Assembly (NCBI GenBank): GCA_023262145.1
Contig: JALRDR010000147.1
Location: 1-35,562, forward strand
Origin: Planctomycetaceae bacterium
GTDB taxonomy: Bacteria; Planctomycetota; Planctomycetia; Planctomycetales; Planctomycetaceae
Direction of reading: 5' to 3'
DNA length: 35,562 nucleotides
The position numbers were made by a program, and so were the translations under genes. Numbering within the stretch: position 1 is the stretch's first letter; each line of letters opens with the position of its first letter. Under the pieces are notes generated by a model. It worked only from the letters and a program-made list of their open reading frames with translations. It ran no database searches and was not told the origin of the DNA. Shown piece after piece: positions 20,201 to 27,067 of this stretch.

Positions 20201-20658
20201 TCACCGGCAAGTCCACGTCGGAGCACATAGAGATTTCGCTCCAGATCCGCTGCCAGCGGGGCAATTCCCGACGAATCACGCATGCGGAGGTCCTGCAGAC
20301 TTGTTTTCCCAAGTGGCAGTGACTGCTGTGAACCGGTGGCCAGGTCCTCGTAGAGACTGAGTTTCATTGAGCCGGCTGTGAGTCGTGTTCCCGTGAGGAC
20401 TGCGGTGTATTCCGCCACTCGAATTCCCGGTCGACGCACCGGCTGAGGCGTTGACCTGCGTCCCTGCTGTTGCAGCTGCTGCAACTCCTCCTCACTGATT
20501 GCCTGCCACGTTCCTGACTGAATCAGATCAATCAGATCCTCAGGAGCAGTCAGTCGCGACGCATACGGCAAATCATCTGCAACTGGCGCAGATTCATCGC
20601 CGCGGGTTGCGTTACCCGCAGTCAGGACCAGCAGCAGCGTCAGAATGAGTAACCACAT
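14236..20658 (-). CDS. Giant envelope protein (2140 aa) of unknown family, made of two ectodomain modules joined by a TM cluster
   Basis: One uninterrupted ORF. ATG at 20658 (MWLLILTLLLVLTAGNA, a signal peptide) lies 1 nt after the upstream gene's stop. Hydrophobic cluster at aa 967-1071 (nt 17446-17760). One C-terminal TM (IIPIGLGLFVVLVATVATAG) is followed by an acidic tail. No known catalytic or adhesin motifs recognised. Confidence 0.8.
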   Translation of the reverse strand: MWLLILTLLLVLTAGNATRGDESAPVADDLPYASRLTAPEDLIDLIQSGTWQAISEEELQQLQQQGRRSTPQPVRRPGIRVAEYTAVLTGTRLTAGSMKLSLYEDLATGSQQSLPLGKTSLQDLRMRDSSGIAPLAADLERNLYVLRRGLAGDLEGTWTAAGLVAGDTVGFRLELPQATQSSLQIITEETIEVSGTGSLVVGPEPVAEGLKWTILPSVPDRITFSCRRRRQLLAEDPLSLTSLNAGHTLRGDILNSRWTIGVPATGGEPLVLRLDVTPGTRVSGVTFNSRATVDWQLESADSSQDVLVRIPGGGAGGQLEVTGVSVVSDSETWALPILSPQSWERVGETAQGPVLSPHGVINVAFPPTVNVDEWMMFGVVERDVVTGPDQARSFELLRYRNDATVQVRTSRKQAQLTDTVVAVVEQSGRAAAVRCFVNLSCRDASVIEVSWLVRPGWQIVSARYASNQRVLYHELEQRPDASQLLTLHLPETLEPESSRVIEMLVQNTQDSRNSRLQIPLLSAQSSERKGSFVVASAEVGSGIGTARLVGQTTRSITQRELEQQAGWFPRDRLPADKLILLSGGDDMALLPEQSSPARGRIRLRHRLRMDEEFIVEESRLELPAPSAGEQLSLVVPEELLSGISWSVDSSPVSLPQDQVEQLQDNMVRVQIPIPPRAAESDIVVTAVSRLPATSRFTAAVAWPDATLLAEAVLEIGQNDRDIFACTDPLVELPVDGSSAMRRWTLPKRQGRVEFNVASATATEQERSVDLHLYHLLRIRNADIYHRVLAVADVSGRGAADRLSVTVQNGVIPTVLVAGRRVHTSLEENQLIIPLPTEQERLQLVLVWENPVRSLDTLNGRVQLKSPLLNGARHVMTVHHLLISPDLDVRIPTSRFRTHYGSSGMAMQTIFSDVDSRSTGTQRLADAVEVRRFLVEWKLAEAQGWMMQSLVSGSSGREEMELELTEKRRRSAVLAGSILFSLGFCLAVQRLVLGRQRLFAVFVLLLSCGSLLNLPVLIAVAVEGTFWGSGAGLLLLIGLQGILRQIRYFTLRRRFLSATTVFLLSVVPCATADAQQSSRPAQGPPLTASGIISDAGVIYLPVDEINALRDQASRESMLARQALTTGCEVVLRPDAAESLEVILKITATVASSQQGAYLPLPAGDCRLVECEVDGARVFPDPAGDDLLLIPLPASSPLPVKPLSNTPEVVESSADDVAAFTDHEIVCRMRPRIQRQVSGLRLRLPALPCPRFQLQMDGSRELFAAARIQTADTTIAWESLAQPVVLNTLAGSAGIDVSLLHAAAGEVTVETERPQANTLIVCENTTGLQLLTCYYRISRWSSLEGDLQLQIPSGYVLRGVTVVDEESSAEALWRAEDAQVTITMPAEVSEAFFLQLQLQSRLEVSLTSQTIPINELQQIRGVRFSGSSLVASRFDSVFSTSLPERTAAVPAQYSTASEEWGNLIRRSDTLLRVPADAAFELRTESRESRHEVRFAQTCELSELLLSWSCQLDVETSFLPVFRHSIRIPERIRVRSVTVNAGEANRLAGWHVQGNDLIVILREGTLGLHAITVAGDRQLSPNEDVIELSSPTLANSQILESSLSLRDNDGLGLILDDPGDSVSDPSLEPGDSLPVGMELRLQILNEQRPLVLRRANPVDAMGQLISIALPDRIVFVARVSRWSGQQGSFGMKFPDDAGLLAEPLILADQTRIPLAMADGQFVPVGSGAADLSEQTQFFVAWVLPAEGESSGAEDSSRCPWPEFDSSLKWQSWDHLIVSEASAQLTAETPEEQVWGIAAADNLGLLPADRELQEVLTMSRAQLTEPTELVLARRREQSPSESAADKLYAVAMTSMFVQEDDSPGAITDFRIFSRRWPIRCVVSIPENTVILDLPTDENVRWEDSQRRHLLLKIEGPETALRLRWLGTRADVSPFAMKFSFSLPAVRDCEMRHSLSMVSSYKEVPSISGTAVSLTAEEQMQRLEEDLRLGYRLLENSVGADGGQLILRGNEQAAALAGQSQAFLTTQGAERQMRRVRQRPVAFDTIQISYRRRLELSTIIPIGLGLFVVLVATVATAGRLEAEAVTVITGEPLGGETAAAESELHPAWMEEESRSHSGFNRPNARAKTKVIGGRNDLVSGSGTDS

Positions 20659-20659
20659 T

Positions 20660-23600
20660 TCAACGTGAGACCTCGGCTGAAAGATCTGCTTGCGGGGAAA
20701 CAGCAGGGCGGCGCTCAGCGGGAAATGGCTGCTCGTACTCCGAGAAGCCAAAAATGGACGGAACTTCGCGAGCACTTTTCCATAACCGCATTCGCATTCG
20801 CCGACGGCCCAGCTGGCGGTTTCCCCAGACAGCGACCAGCCCCGGAAACAAGCCCAGCAGAACCCACGGAACCGCTGGCTCCGCCCACGCCGGCTGCAGT
20901 ACCCAGATCGCCAGGCAGGCAGCAGGGGTGAGCAATACGGGGACCAGCAGCGGAATTCGAGGCAGTATTGAGAGCACCAGGAAGACTGCGACGCAGATCG
21001 AAGAGGCCCCCAGCAGCAGTGAGACACGAGGGATCAGCAGCAATCTCGGATTGACCGCTGAACCGGGAGAAAAGAACAGATCAGGAGCAGCTCCTGAAAC
21101 AAGCCATGGTGCCACGATCAAGCCAGCCTGCTCCTGCAGTGTCGGTGGAAACGGAGCGAGCACTGCATCCAGATAACGCCGTACCCGATCCTCAGCGGGC
21201 TCCGCCCCCGGAAGCAGACTTAACAGCCCGCCGGAAACGGGATCAAAATCATGATCCGGCATCACTGCACTCAATTCGCTGCCGGTGGCGATACTCCAGA
21301 TGAGCGGCGTTGCAGGAACAGGATCGGGAAACAGCGGTCGCAGCAGAATCTCATGGCGATACAGCCTGCCAGCAGCAATCACAGTCTGTCGACAGGCGAT
21401 CTGCAGCACAGCTGGCTCTGCCTGCAGTTCGGCCGCACCCGTGAATATGCTCCACACCGTGTTGCCACTGGCAGCATCAACACTGGTACTCAGAAGGCGA
21501 GCTCCCGCCTCGACGCGAGTCAGCACCGTGCCCCCCCAGCGAATTGACTCGACATCCAGTTGCCGGGGAATTTCAACAGTAATCGACTCCGGCGTCTGCT
21601 CATAAACTGCTGTCTGTGTGGTGCGATAAAATCCCGCAGGGAACTCAGTGGAAAGCAAGAGCAGAGCCGGACCGGTTTCCCCGTCACGCACATAACCGGT
21701 CGCCCGATCGACAGGCAATAGAATTCGGCTGCGTGCCGCAATCACATCTCCGAAGGTTCGCTCACCGGCCGCCTCATACTGCCACGCTGCATCGAACATT
21801 TCGGAATAGACAGGCAGCCAGTTGTCATTTTTCGCAACTCGCAGACCGCTCCAGGACGATGTCCCCGCACGAATCTCGCCCACAGTGCAGTCAGCCGGAA
21901 GAATCAATGGTATCTGCGTCTGCAACGACCGCTCTGATTCGGCTGTCTGATTCAGCGGCCACAGCCAGTCTGCCTCAATGAGAATCTGACCACGCACGGA
22001 CTCCGGCAGTCGAAACACTCGTTTGCCCGGGGGACCTCCGATCGTCGGCCGCAACGGCTCGTTTGTGCCGGCGATTCGCACCACCGGACGAATTTCCGGA
22101 GGAACAAACAGTGCCACTTCCGTCAGGTCACGAAAGTCGATCGCATACTCAAATCTCTGATGAATACGCACGCCCGCAGCATCCGGTCGGAGTTCGACCT
22201 GCGTCTTCACCTCCACCACCGGCTGCTGCTGCTCCAGGCCAATATTGATCGCTGTTTCCGGATCGCTGGGTAACCATCCCCCGGGCGGCAGATCGCGATC
22301 AATTTCCGGCATTGCAGACCGCGTTACCGGCACGGCAACGAGTGCATTCCCGGAGGCACTTTCGGTCAGCGTAATTCGATACTCGTCAGAATCAGCCAGT
22401 CGGAACAACACAGGCTGTCCGCGCTGACGCATCACCTGTGGCGCGGAAAACTGCAGGGAACCGCCGGCAAATGCTTCAGACGAGACAAACGCCTGAAACT
22501 CAACCACAAACTCGCCGGACTGCCGCTCGGCAAACGCCAGCGTCAGCTGATTCTCCTGATCCTCCCCACGGCGAATTGTAATCGGCATTGGATTGCGATC
22601 AGCACGATACAACTGTGGACCAGGCAGCACCGTCCACCTGCTCGCTGACTCCTCACTCCATACCAGAGGCAGTTCCAGCAGCGAACCACGCACCACGTTC
22701 ACTCGATAACGAGCCTTCAGGATGACCAGCTGTTCTTCAGGACTGATCACCATTTCAGTATCCACCGCATACTGCGACTCAATCTCTTCCACGTGCAGTG
22801 TAATCAGCGACTCCGGAGAACGCAGACGAAACGCTGTGGCTGCTACCGCCGGGTCAGTATCAGCAGCCACCCTCCGCCGCTGCGCGCCGCTGACCTGTGT
22901 CTGCTGCACAAGCAATCCCGATGGAAACTGAATGTCCAGGTCTCCCGTCTGAATGTTGGCTGATCCGATCGATGGAATCCTGATACTCACATCACCCGGA
23001 AAACGCCCCTCCGCAACCTCCAGCTCAAAAGGAAGATTCAACGTCCCTTCAACTGGTGATGACAGGCGAATCAATGCTCGTGAGGAATCAGCCTCGCTGA
23101 TCACCTCATAGTTGCTCATTACGGAAATATCAGCCGCATTTCTTGCATCCACCTCTTCCAATGCAAATCCGGCAGGATAATCAACGGTGAGCTCTGTAAT
23201 CGGGGCCCCACTGATCTTCAGCGTCTGAACTCCATTCAGACTTGCCGGAATCGTTGTCAGATCCAGCCGCATTCTGTTCTGCACCTGAATTACGGCTGTG
23301 GCATTCACCGGGGGCAGCACCTCATTCCAGGCAACAGAGACAGACTCATCAAGACCCCAGAATTCCACCTTGCGAATTCCACGCTCGTCCCGCTCAACAC
23401 GATCAAATCCATCCGGCGGCAGTCGCTGAAACTCCACTGGCACAGAAAAACCAAGTTCTGCATGCGAAGCAGTCGCTCGGGGCAGGGACAATGCGAGTTG
23501 CAGGGTACCCGGGGCAGTCGTACGCACTCGGGCGGCAAGTGTCATCTTCAACGTGTGCATCCCGCGTCCCAGCAGGTGCCATGTTCGCATGTTTTGCTTT

Positions 23601-24049
23601 TCTGCCGTCAGGACGGCATCGGCCCCATCCGCTTCTGATCCATGCTCGAAGTCACGCAGAAACGTCTCACCGAGAGCAAGAGGAACCGATACCCAGTCCG
23701 CCTCACTCCGCACGCGCACCTGCATGACAACTGTCAGTTCCGCCACTTCACCTTCAATCTCACCGGTCAACTCAAGACCGGCGATGATGTAGTCCGGGAT
23801 CCGCTGCTGCTGCAGACTGCGTCGCAGCAGGTCGGCAGCGACATCGGGTTCCACCAGATCGGAGAGGGGAATGAGTTTTCCGGTCTCCGTACGAATGAGT
23901 ACATCCGCTTCATCTGCGTTCACCGCAACGGCCGCACGACTCGCGGTGCCGGCAGGACCGGCTGGTGCTGTGGGATCTCCCGCAGTCTGCGCGCGAACTG
24001 AGGCACTCAGCATCAGCAAAATGCCCAAAAGTACCGCACGCAACAACAT
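20660..24049 (-). CDS. Giant envelope protein (1129 aa) of unknown family, paralogous to the modules of the downstream gene
   Basis: ATG at 24049 (MLLRAVLLGILLMLSASVRA-QT, a signal peptide) is preceded by GGGAGGGG 8 nt upstream. A ~980-aa ectodomain is followed by a three-segment hydrophobic anchor (aa 1003-1076, nt 20822-21043), then an RRRMRMR cluster and a 39-aa tail. Confidence 0.8.
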   Translation of the reverse strand: MLLRAVLLGILLMLSASVRAQTAGDPTAPAGPAGTASRAAVAVNADEADVLIRTETGKLIPLSDLVEPDVAADLLRRSLQQQRIPDYIIAGLELTGEIEGEVAELTVVMQVRVRSEADWVSVPLALGETFLRDFEHGSEADGADAVLTAEKQNMRTWHLLGRGMHTLKMTLAARVRTTAPGTLQLALSLPRATASHAELGFSVPVEFQRLPPDGFDRVERDERGIRKVEFWGLDESVSVAWNEVLPPVNATAVIQVQNRMRLDLTTIPASLNGVQTLKISGAPITELTVDYPAGFALEEVDARNAADISVMSNYEVISEADSSRALIRLSSPVEGTLNLPFELEVAEGRFPGDVSIRIPSIGSANIQTGDLDIQFPSGLLVQQTQVSGAQRRRVAADTDPAVAATAFRLRSPESLITLHVEEIESQYAVDTEMVISPEEQLVILKARYRVNVVRGSLLELPLVWSEESASRWTVLPGPQLYRADRNPMPITIRRGEDQENQLTLAFAERQSGEFVVEFQAFVSSEAFAGGSLQFSAPQVMRQRGQPVLFRLADSDEYRITLTESASGNALVAVPVTRSAMPEIDRDLPPGGWLPSDPETAINIGLEQQQPVVEVKTQVELRPDAAGVRIHQRFEYAIDFRDLTEVALFVPPEIRPVVRIAGTNEPLRPTIGGPPGKRVFRLPESVRGQILIEADWLWPLNQTAESERSLQTQIPLILPADCTVGEIRAGTSSWSGLRVAKNDNWLPVYSEMFDAAWQYEAAGERTFGDVIAARSRILLPVDRATGYVRDGETGPALLLLSTEFPAGFYRTTQTAVYEQTPESITVEIPRQLDVESIRWGGTVLTRVEAGARLLSTSVDAASGNTVWSIFTGAAELQAEPAVLQIACRQTVIAAGRLYRHEILLRPLFPDPVPATPLIWSIATGSELSAVMPDHDFDPVSGGLLSLLPGAEPAEDRVRRYLDAVLAPFPPTLQEQAGLIVAPWLVSGAAPDLFFSPGSAVNPRLLLIPRVSLLLGASSICVAVFLVLSILPRIPLLVPVLLTPAACLAIWVLQPAWAEPAVPWVLLGLFPGLVAVWGNRQLGRRRMRMRLWKSAREVPSIFGFSEYEQPFPAERRPAVSPQADLSAEVSR

Positions 24050-24209
24050 CACAAGAGCCCCTCCCGAGCCGTCCACGACGCAACACGGGGGACACCTGAA
24101 CAGAAAGACAGCAGCTTTTAGACTGCGTCCGTGCATTCAGGACGTAGAATCCCCCCGCTCACTATACTCTACGCAGAGCACTCTGGCGGGAGAAGTTCTC
24201 CTGCTTATC

Positions 24210-24989
24210 TCAAGGGAGGACTTTCACGATCTTTCGCCCGAGTTCCGGGCTGGCGGCAGCCAGCAGACTGGGTACGAAAATATCGATTGCATCACCTTTC
24301 AGGTTTGAAACGAAGCCGCCTCCCTCCTCGACCATCAGCACTCCAGCCGCAATATCCCATGCATTCAGACTTGTCGACCAGAACGCGTCAGTGCGACCGC
24401 AGGCGACAGCAGCAAGATTCAGAGCCGCTGACCCGGTGCGTTGTACCGTGCGAAAAACTCCCAGTGCCGTGGTGAACCGCTTCACTGCAGGATCGTCGGG
24501 CGTCGTCCCCGGTGGCAGGCTCGCCATTCCAAACGCAGCGTCAATCTGAGTCTCACCACTACAAGTCACCGGGTTGCCGTCCAGTTGTACCCCACACCCT
24601 CTGACAGCCGTGAACGTCTCGTCCCGCGTTGGATCATGAATCACGCCGACCTCGACCCGTCCCCGCACCTGCAGCGCGATGGAAACCGCATAGTAGGGGA
24701 AACCATGTACATAGTTGGACGTGCCGTCGAGCGGATCGATGATCCAGAACAGCTGGTCATCAGCAGCTCGACTATCAAGGTTCTCTTCAGCCAGCACACT
24801 GATCTGCGGAAATCGCTCAGCCAGCAATTCGACGATTGCCCGCTGCGAGGCCTCGTCTGCTTCAGTTACAAGGTTGGCCCGACTTTTCTCCCGGACGGAA
24901 AAGCGTCCGCGCCAGTCCTGCAGAATTCGCCCGCCCACCTGCGCCGCGGCGACAGCAGCCTGCAACCATTCTTCCTGTTCTGAATTCAT
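24210..24989 (-). CDS. suhB: Inositol monophosphatase family protein (SuhB/IMPase-like)
   Basis: VTEADEASQ, WIIDPLDGTSNYVHGFPYYAVSIAL, GSAALNLAAVACGRTDAF and AWDIAAG are present. ATG at 24989 (MNSEQEEWLQAAV...) gives 259 aa. The longer ORF-track start at 25163 adds a non-conserved, Arg-rich extension. Confidence 0.85.
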   Translation of the reverse strand: MNSEQEEWLQAAVAAAQVGGRILQDWRGRFSVREKSRANLVTEADEASQRAIVELLAERFPQISVLAEENLDSRAADDQLFWIIDPLDGTSNYVHGFPYYAVSIALQVRGRVEVGVIHDPTRDETFTAVRGCGVQLDGNPVTCSGETQIDAAFGMASLPPGTTPDDPAVKRFTTALGVFRTVQRTGSAALNLAAVACGRTDAFWSTSLNAWDIAAGVLMVEEGGGFVSNLKGDAIDIFVPSLLAAASPELGRKIVKVLP

Positions 24990-25451
24990 CCTGCGTTGCT
25001 TTCTTCGTGTGCGGCGAGCGAGTGCATTGGCGGCAGAGCTTAACGGTTCGAGCAGAACGGGGCGTCCGGGCTGCTGAACATGGTGCCGAAGGAATACCCG
25101 CCAGGACAGCTCGGGCATCAGCCGGCGGAGCTTTACTGTCAACGACCACATACAGTTCAACAAGGGGATTCCTGTCCAGCCGTCATAATCCCTATTTTCG
25201 GAGAGATCTCACCAATTTCCCCCCGAGGCGAGCATTTCCTGACCTGTCCGTGGGAATCATGCCGGCTGAGCAACTCTGACTGCCATAATTGTTGATGCGA
25301 CCGGCAATGCCTCCATTTCTGCAATGTCAGACCAGCTGATATCGGCCTTTCTCTGCAGTTGTCATGGCGCAGCTGCCGATTTCGCCGAAGTCTGTCGGTC
25401 TCGCCGAACAGGTAACCCCTTTGTTCCGTTTCTACGGCTCGACACAGAAAC

Positions 25452-25907
25452 ATGAATCTTCCTGGCAATAACAGCAGGCAAAAAAAGCAACTGCGGCTCG
25501 GGGCAATCCTGACCATGGAGCTGGTGCTCGTTCTGCCTGTCTTCCTGATCATCATTTGTGGACTGATCGAATTCATCATGATTTCGGCAGCACAGTCCCG
25601 GATGGATCAGGCAGCTCATGCCGGGCTTCGCATGATGAGCGTTTCCGGCATCGACAAGGAAACGTGTCAACAGCAGGTGGAACGTCTGCTCGGCCCGCGT
25701 CTGGCACTGAATTATCAGCTTGAAATGAACCCTGCGGAATATCCCGGGGAAATTGGTGAGTTAGCTTTGCGAATTCCAATGCAGAATGCCTGCCCGGACA
25801 TGCTCTGGATGTTCGGCTTTGGACTTCAGGGAAGGCAGCTTCATTCATCTGCAGCGATGGTAATGGAGCGTGTTACCGAACACGCTGACACTGCACAAAT
25901 GCAGTAG
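25452..25907 (+). CDS. TadE-like pilus assembly (pseudopilin-like) protein
   Basis: 151 aa. The N-terminal LRLGAILTMELVLVLPVFLIIICGLIEF matches the TadE-like domain pattern (G-x-x-x-V/M-E-x-x-L-V-L-P-V-x-L). Confidence 0.7.
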   Translation: MNLPGNNSRQKKQLRLGAILTMELVLVLPVFLIIICGLIEFIMISAAQSRMDQAAHAGLRMMSVSGIDKETCQQQVERLLGPRLALNYQLEMNPAEYPGEIGELALRIPMQNACPDMLWMFGFGLQGRQLHSSAAMVMERVTEHADTAQMQ

Positions 25908-26014
25908 TAATCACAATGGTTGTCAGACGCACGCGTTCTGTGTTTGTCCGGATTCGGTGCCGCGATGACTTCATCAGGGTTTTGTTCCTGACCAAGAATT
26001 GACTGGAGTTTTCT

Positions 26015-26995
26015 GTGAAACTTACACCCTGGATGTTATCGGTAGCGACGTTTGGCATGATCGCACTGCTGGTCGTCGGGTACTTTGTGAAGCTTGCCTT
26101 CAGTGGCCCCGAAGTTCAGGAGGTGGCCCGCCGCACGACTCGAACCCTGCCCATGGCTCTGGCTGAGATTCCGCCAGGAACGCTGGTGACACGTGCTCAC
26201 GTGGGCAACGGTCCCTGGAAACTGGACAGTGGCGAACTGGCCCCGGATACGCTGACCCGAGTCGATTCGCTGATCGGGCGGATCACGAAAGTGAAGATTG
26301 AGCCGGCAACTCCGATAGAGAGCTCGATGTTTTATCCACCTGGTGACTTTCCGGATCTGCAGGTAGACGAAGGCAAACGAGCAGTTGTGGTGGGCATCAG
26401 CCAGACGACAGCCCCGATTACGGCAATCCTCAAGGACGGGCAGTACGTTGACGTCCAGCTGACTGTCGATTCCGTAAATGTCACATCCGCAGGCGCTCGC
26501 CGAAACGCCAGCCCGAACAGTGTGCCACAGCATCTTGGCGATGCGATGACGGCAACTTTGTTTCGGGGAGTCAAAGTCCTGGGCATCGCCGGAGGTGGGC
26601 AGGCTGTAACTCTGGAACTGGACGAAGAGCAGGCGCGGGTGGCACTGCTGGCTCAGAAGAAGGGCGAAATCGACCTCGTTTACAGCAGCAGCCAGAACCC
26701 GCAGCCCGGCGGAATTCGAATTGCTACCAGCGAACAGGATCGCATCTACTTCGAAGAGATTCTGGGACTGCGGCCGGGCGCTCCGCGACAGGACAACGTC
26801 TTCAAGACAGAGCAGTACCGCGGCACGAATTATTCAGACAGCTACTTCGAAGATGGAAAGCGAATTGGCAACGACATGGGTCAGGGAACCCCACAGACAG
26901 CCCCGCTGGATCAGCGGCGCCAGAACGTCGACAACTCATCACCTGCCACCGGCGATCTCGCGGAAGTATTTGACGACACGGCGACTCGCCGCTGA
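26015..26995 (+). CDS. cpaB: Flp pilus assembly protein CpaB/RcpC-like, with a long low-complexity C-terminal tail
   Basis: GTG start with GGAG 8 nt upstream. It has an N-terminal TM (WMLSVATFGMIALLVVGYFV), a SAF-like segment (LPMALAEIPPGTLVTRAHV ... LIGRITKVKIEPATPIESSMF) and an RcpC-like segment (VDEGKRAVVVGISQTTAPITAILKDGQYVDVQLT). Confidence 0.7.
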   Translation: MKLTPWMLSVATFGMIALLVVGYFVKLAFSGPEVQEVARRTTRTLPMALAEIPPGTLVTRAHVGNGPWKLDSGELAPDTLTRVDSLIGRITKVKIEPATPIESSMFYPPGDFPDLQVDEGKRAVVVGISQTTAPITAILKDGQYVDVQLTVDSVNVTSAGARRNASPNSVPQHLGDAMTATLFRGVKVLGIAGGGQAVTLELDEEQARVALLAQKKGEIDLVYSSSQNPQPGGIRIATSEQDRIYFEEILGLRPGAPRQDNVFKTEQYRGTNYSDSYFEDGKRIGNDMGQGTPQTAPLDQRRQNVDNSSPATGDLAEVFDDTATRR

Positions 26996-27067
26996 TGGCC
27001 GGAATTCAGTGGTTCGAAACACTCGAAGAATTCTGCTCAGGCCGCCGAACTCTGTTGGACAGAGAAC

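Noticed and set aside
20659-21027. The 123-codon extension of ORF 14236..21027 (-), overlapping the end of the upstream giant gene
   Set aside because: It lies entirely inside the TM-anchor coding region of the 1129-aa gene in another frame. The ATG at 20658, one base after the upstream stop, gives a proper signal peptide.
24990-25163. The upstream extension of the suhB-like ORF (58 codons)
   Set aside because: The extension is Arg-rich and non-conserved. The IMPase family N-terminal helix starts at MNSEQEEWLQAAV (ATG 24989).
25364-25471. A 35-aa ORF (MAQLPISPKSVGLAEQVTPLFRFYGSTQKHESSWQ), and the rest of the 460-nt gap upstream of tadE-like, examined as a possible Flp pilin gene
   Set aside because: It has no Flp motif (no G/XXXXEY processing site and no hydrophobic helix). 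It also overlaps the tadE-like start. No other small ORF in the gap resembles a pilin.
26990-27067. A tRNA-like T-loop string (GTGGTTCGAAACAC) after cpaB
   Set aside because: The stem is only 4 bp with an 8-nt loop. No acceptor, D or anticodon arms can be drawn, and the 5' part would lie inside the cpaB coding sequence.
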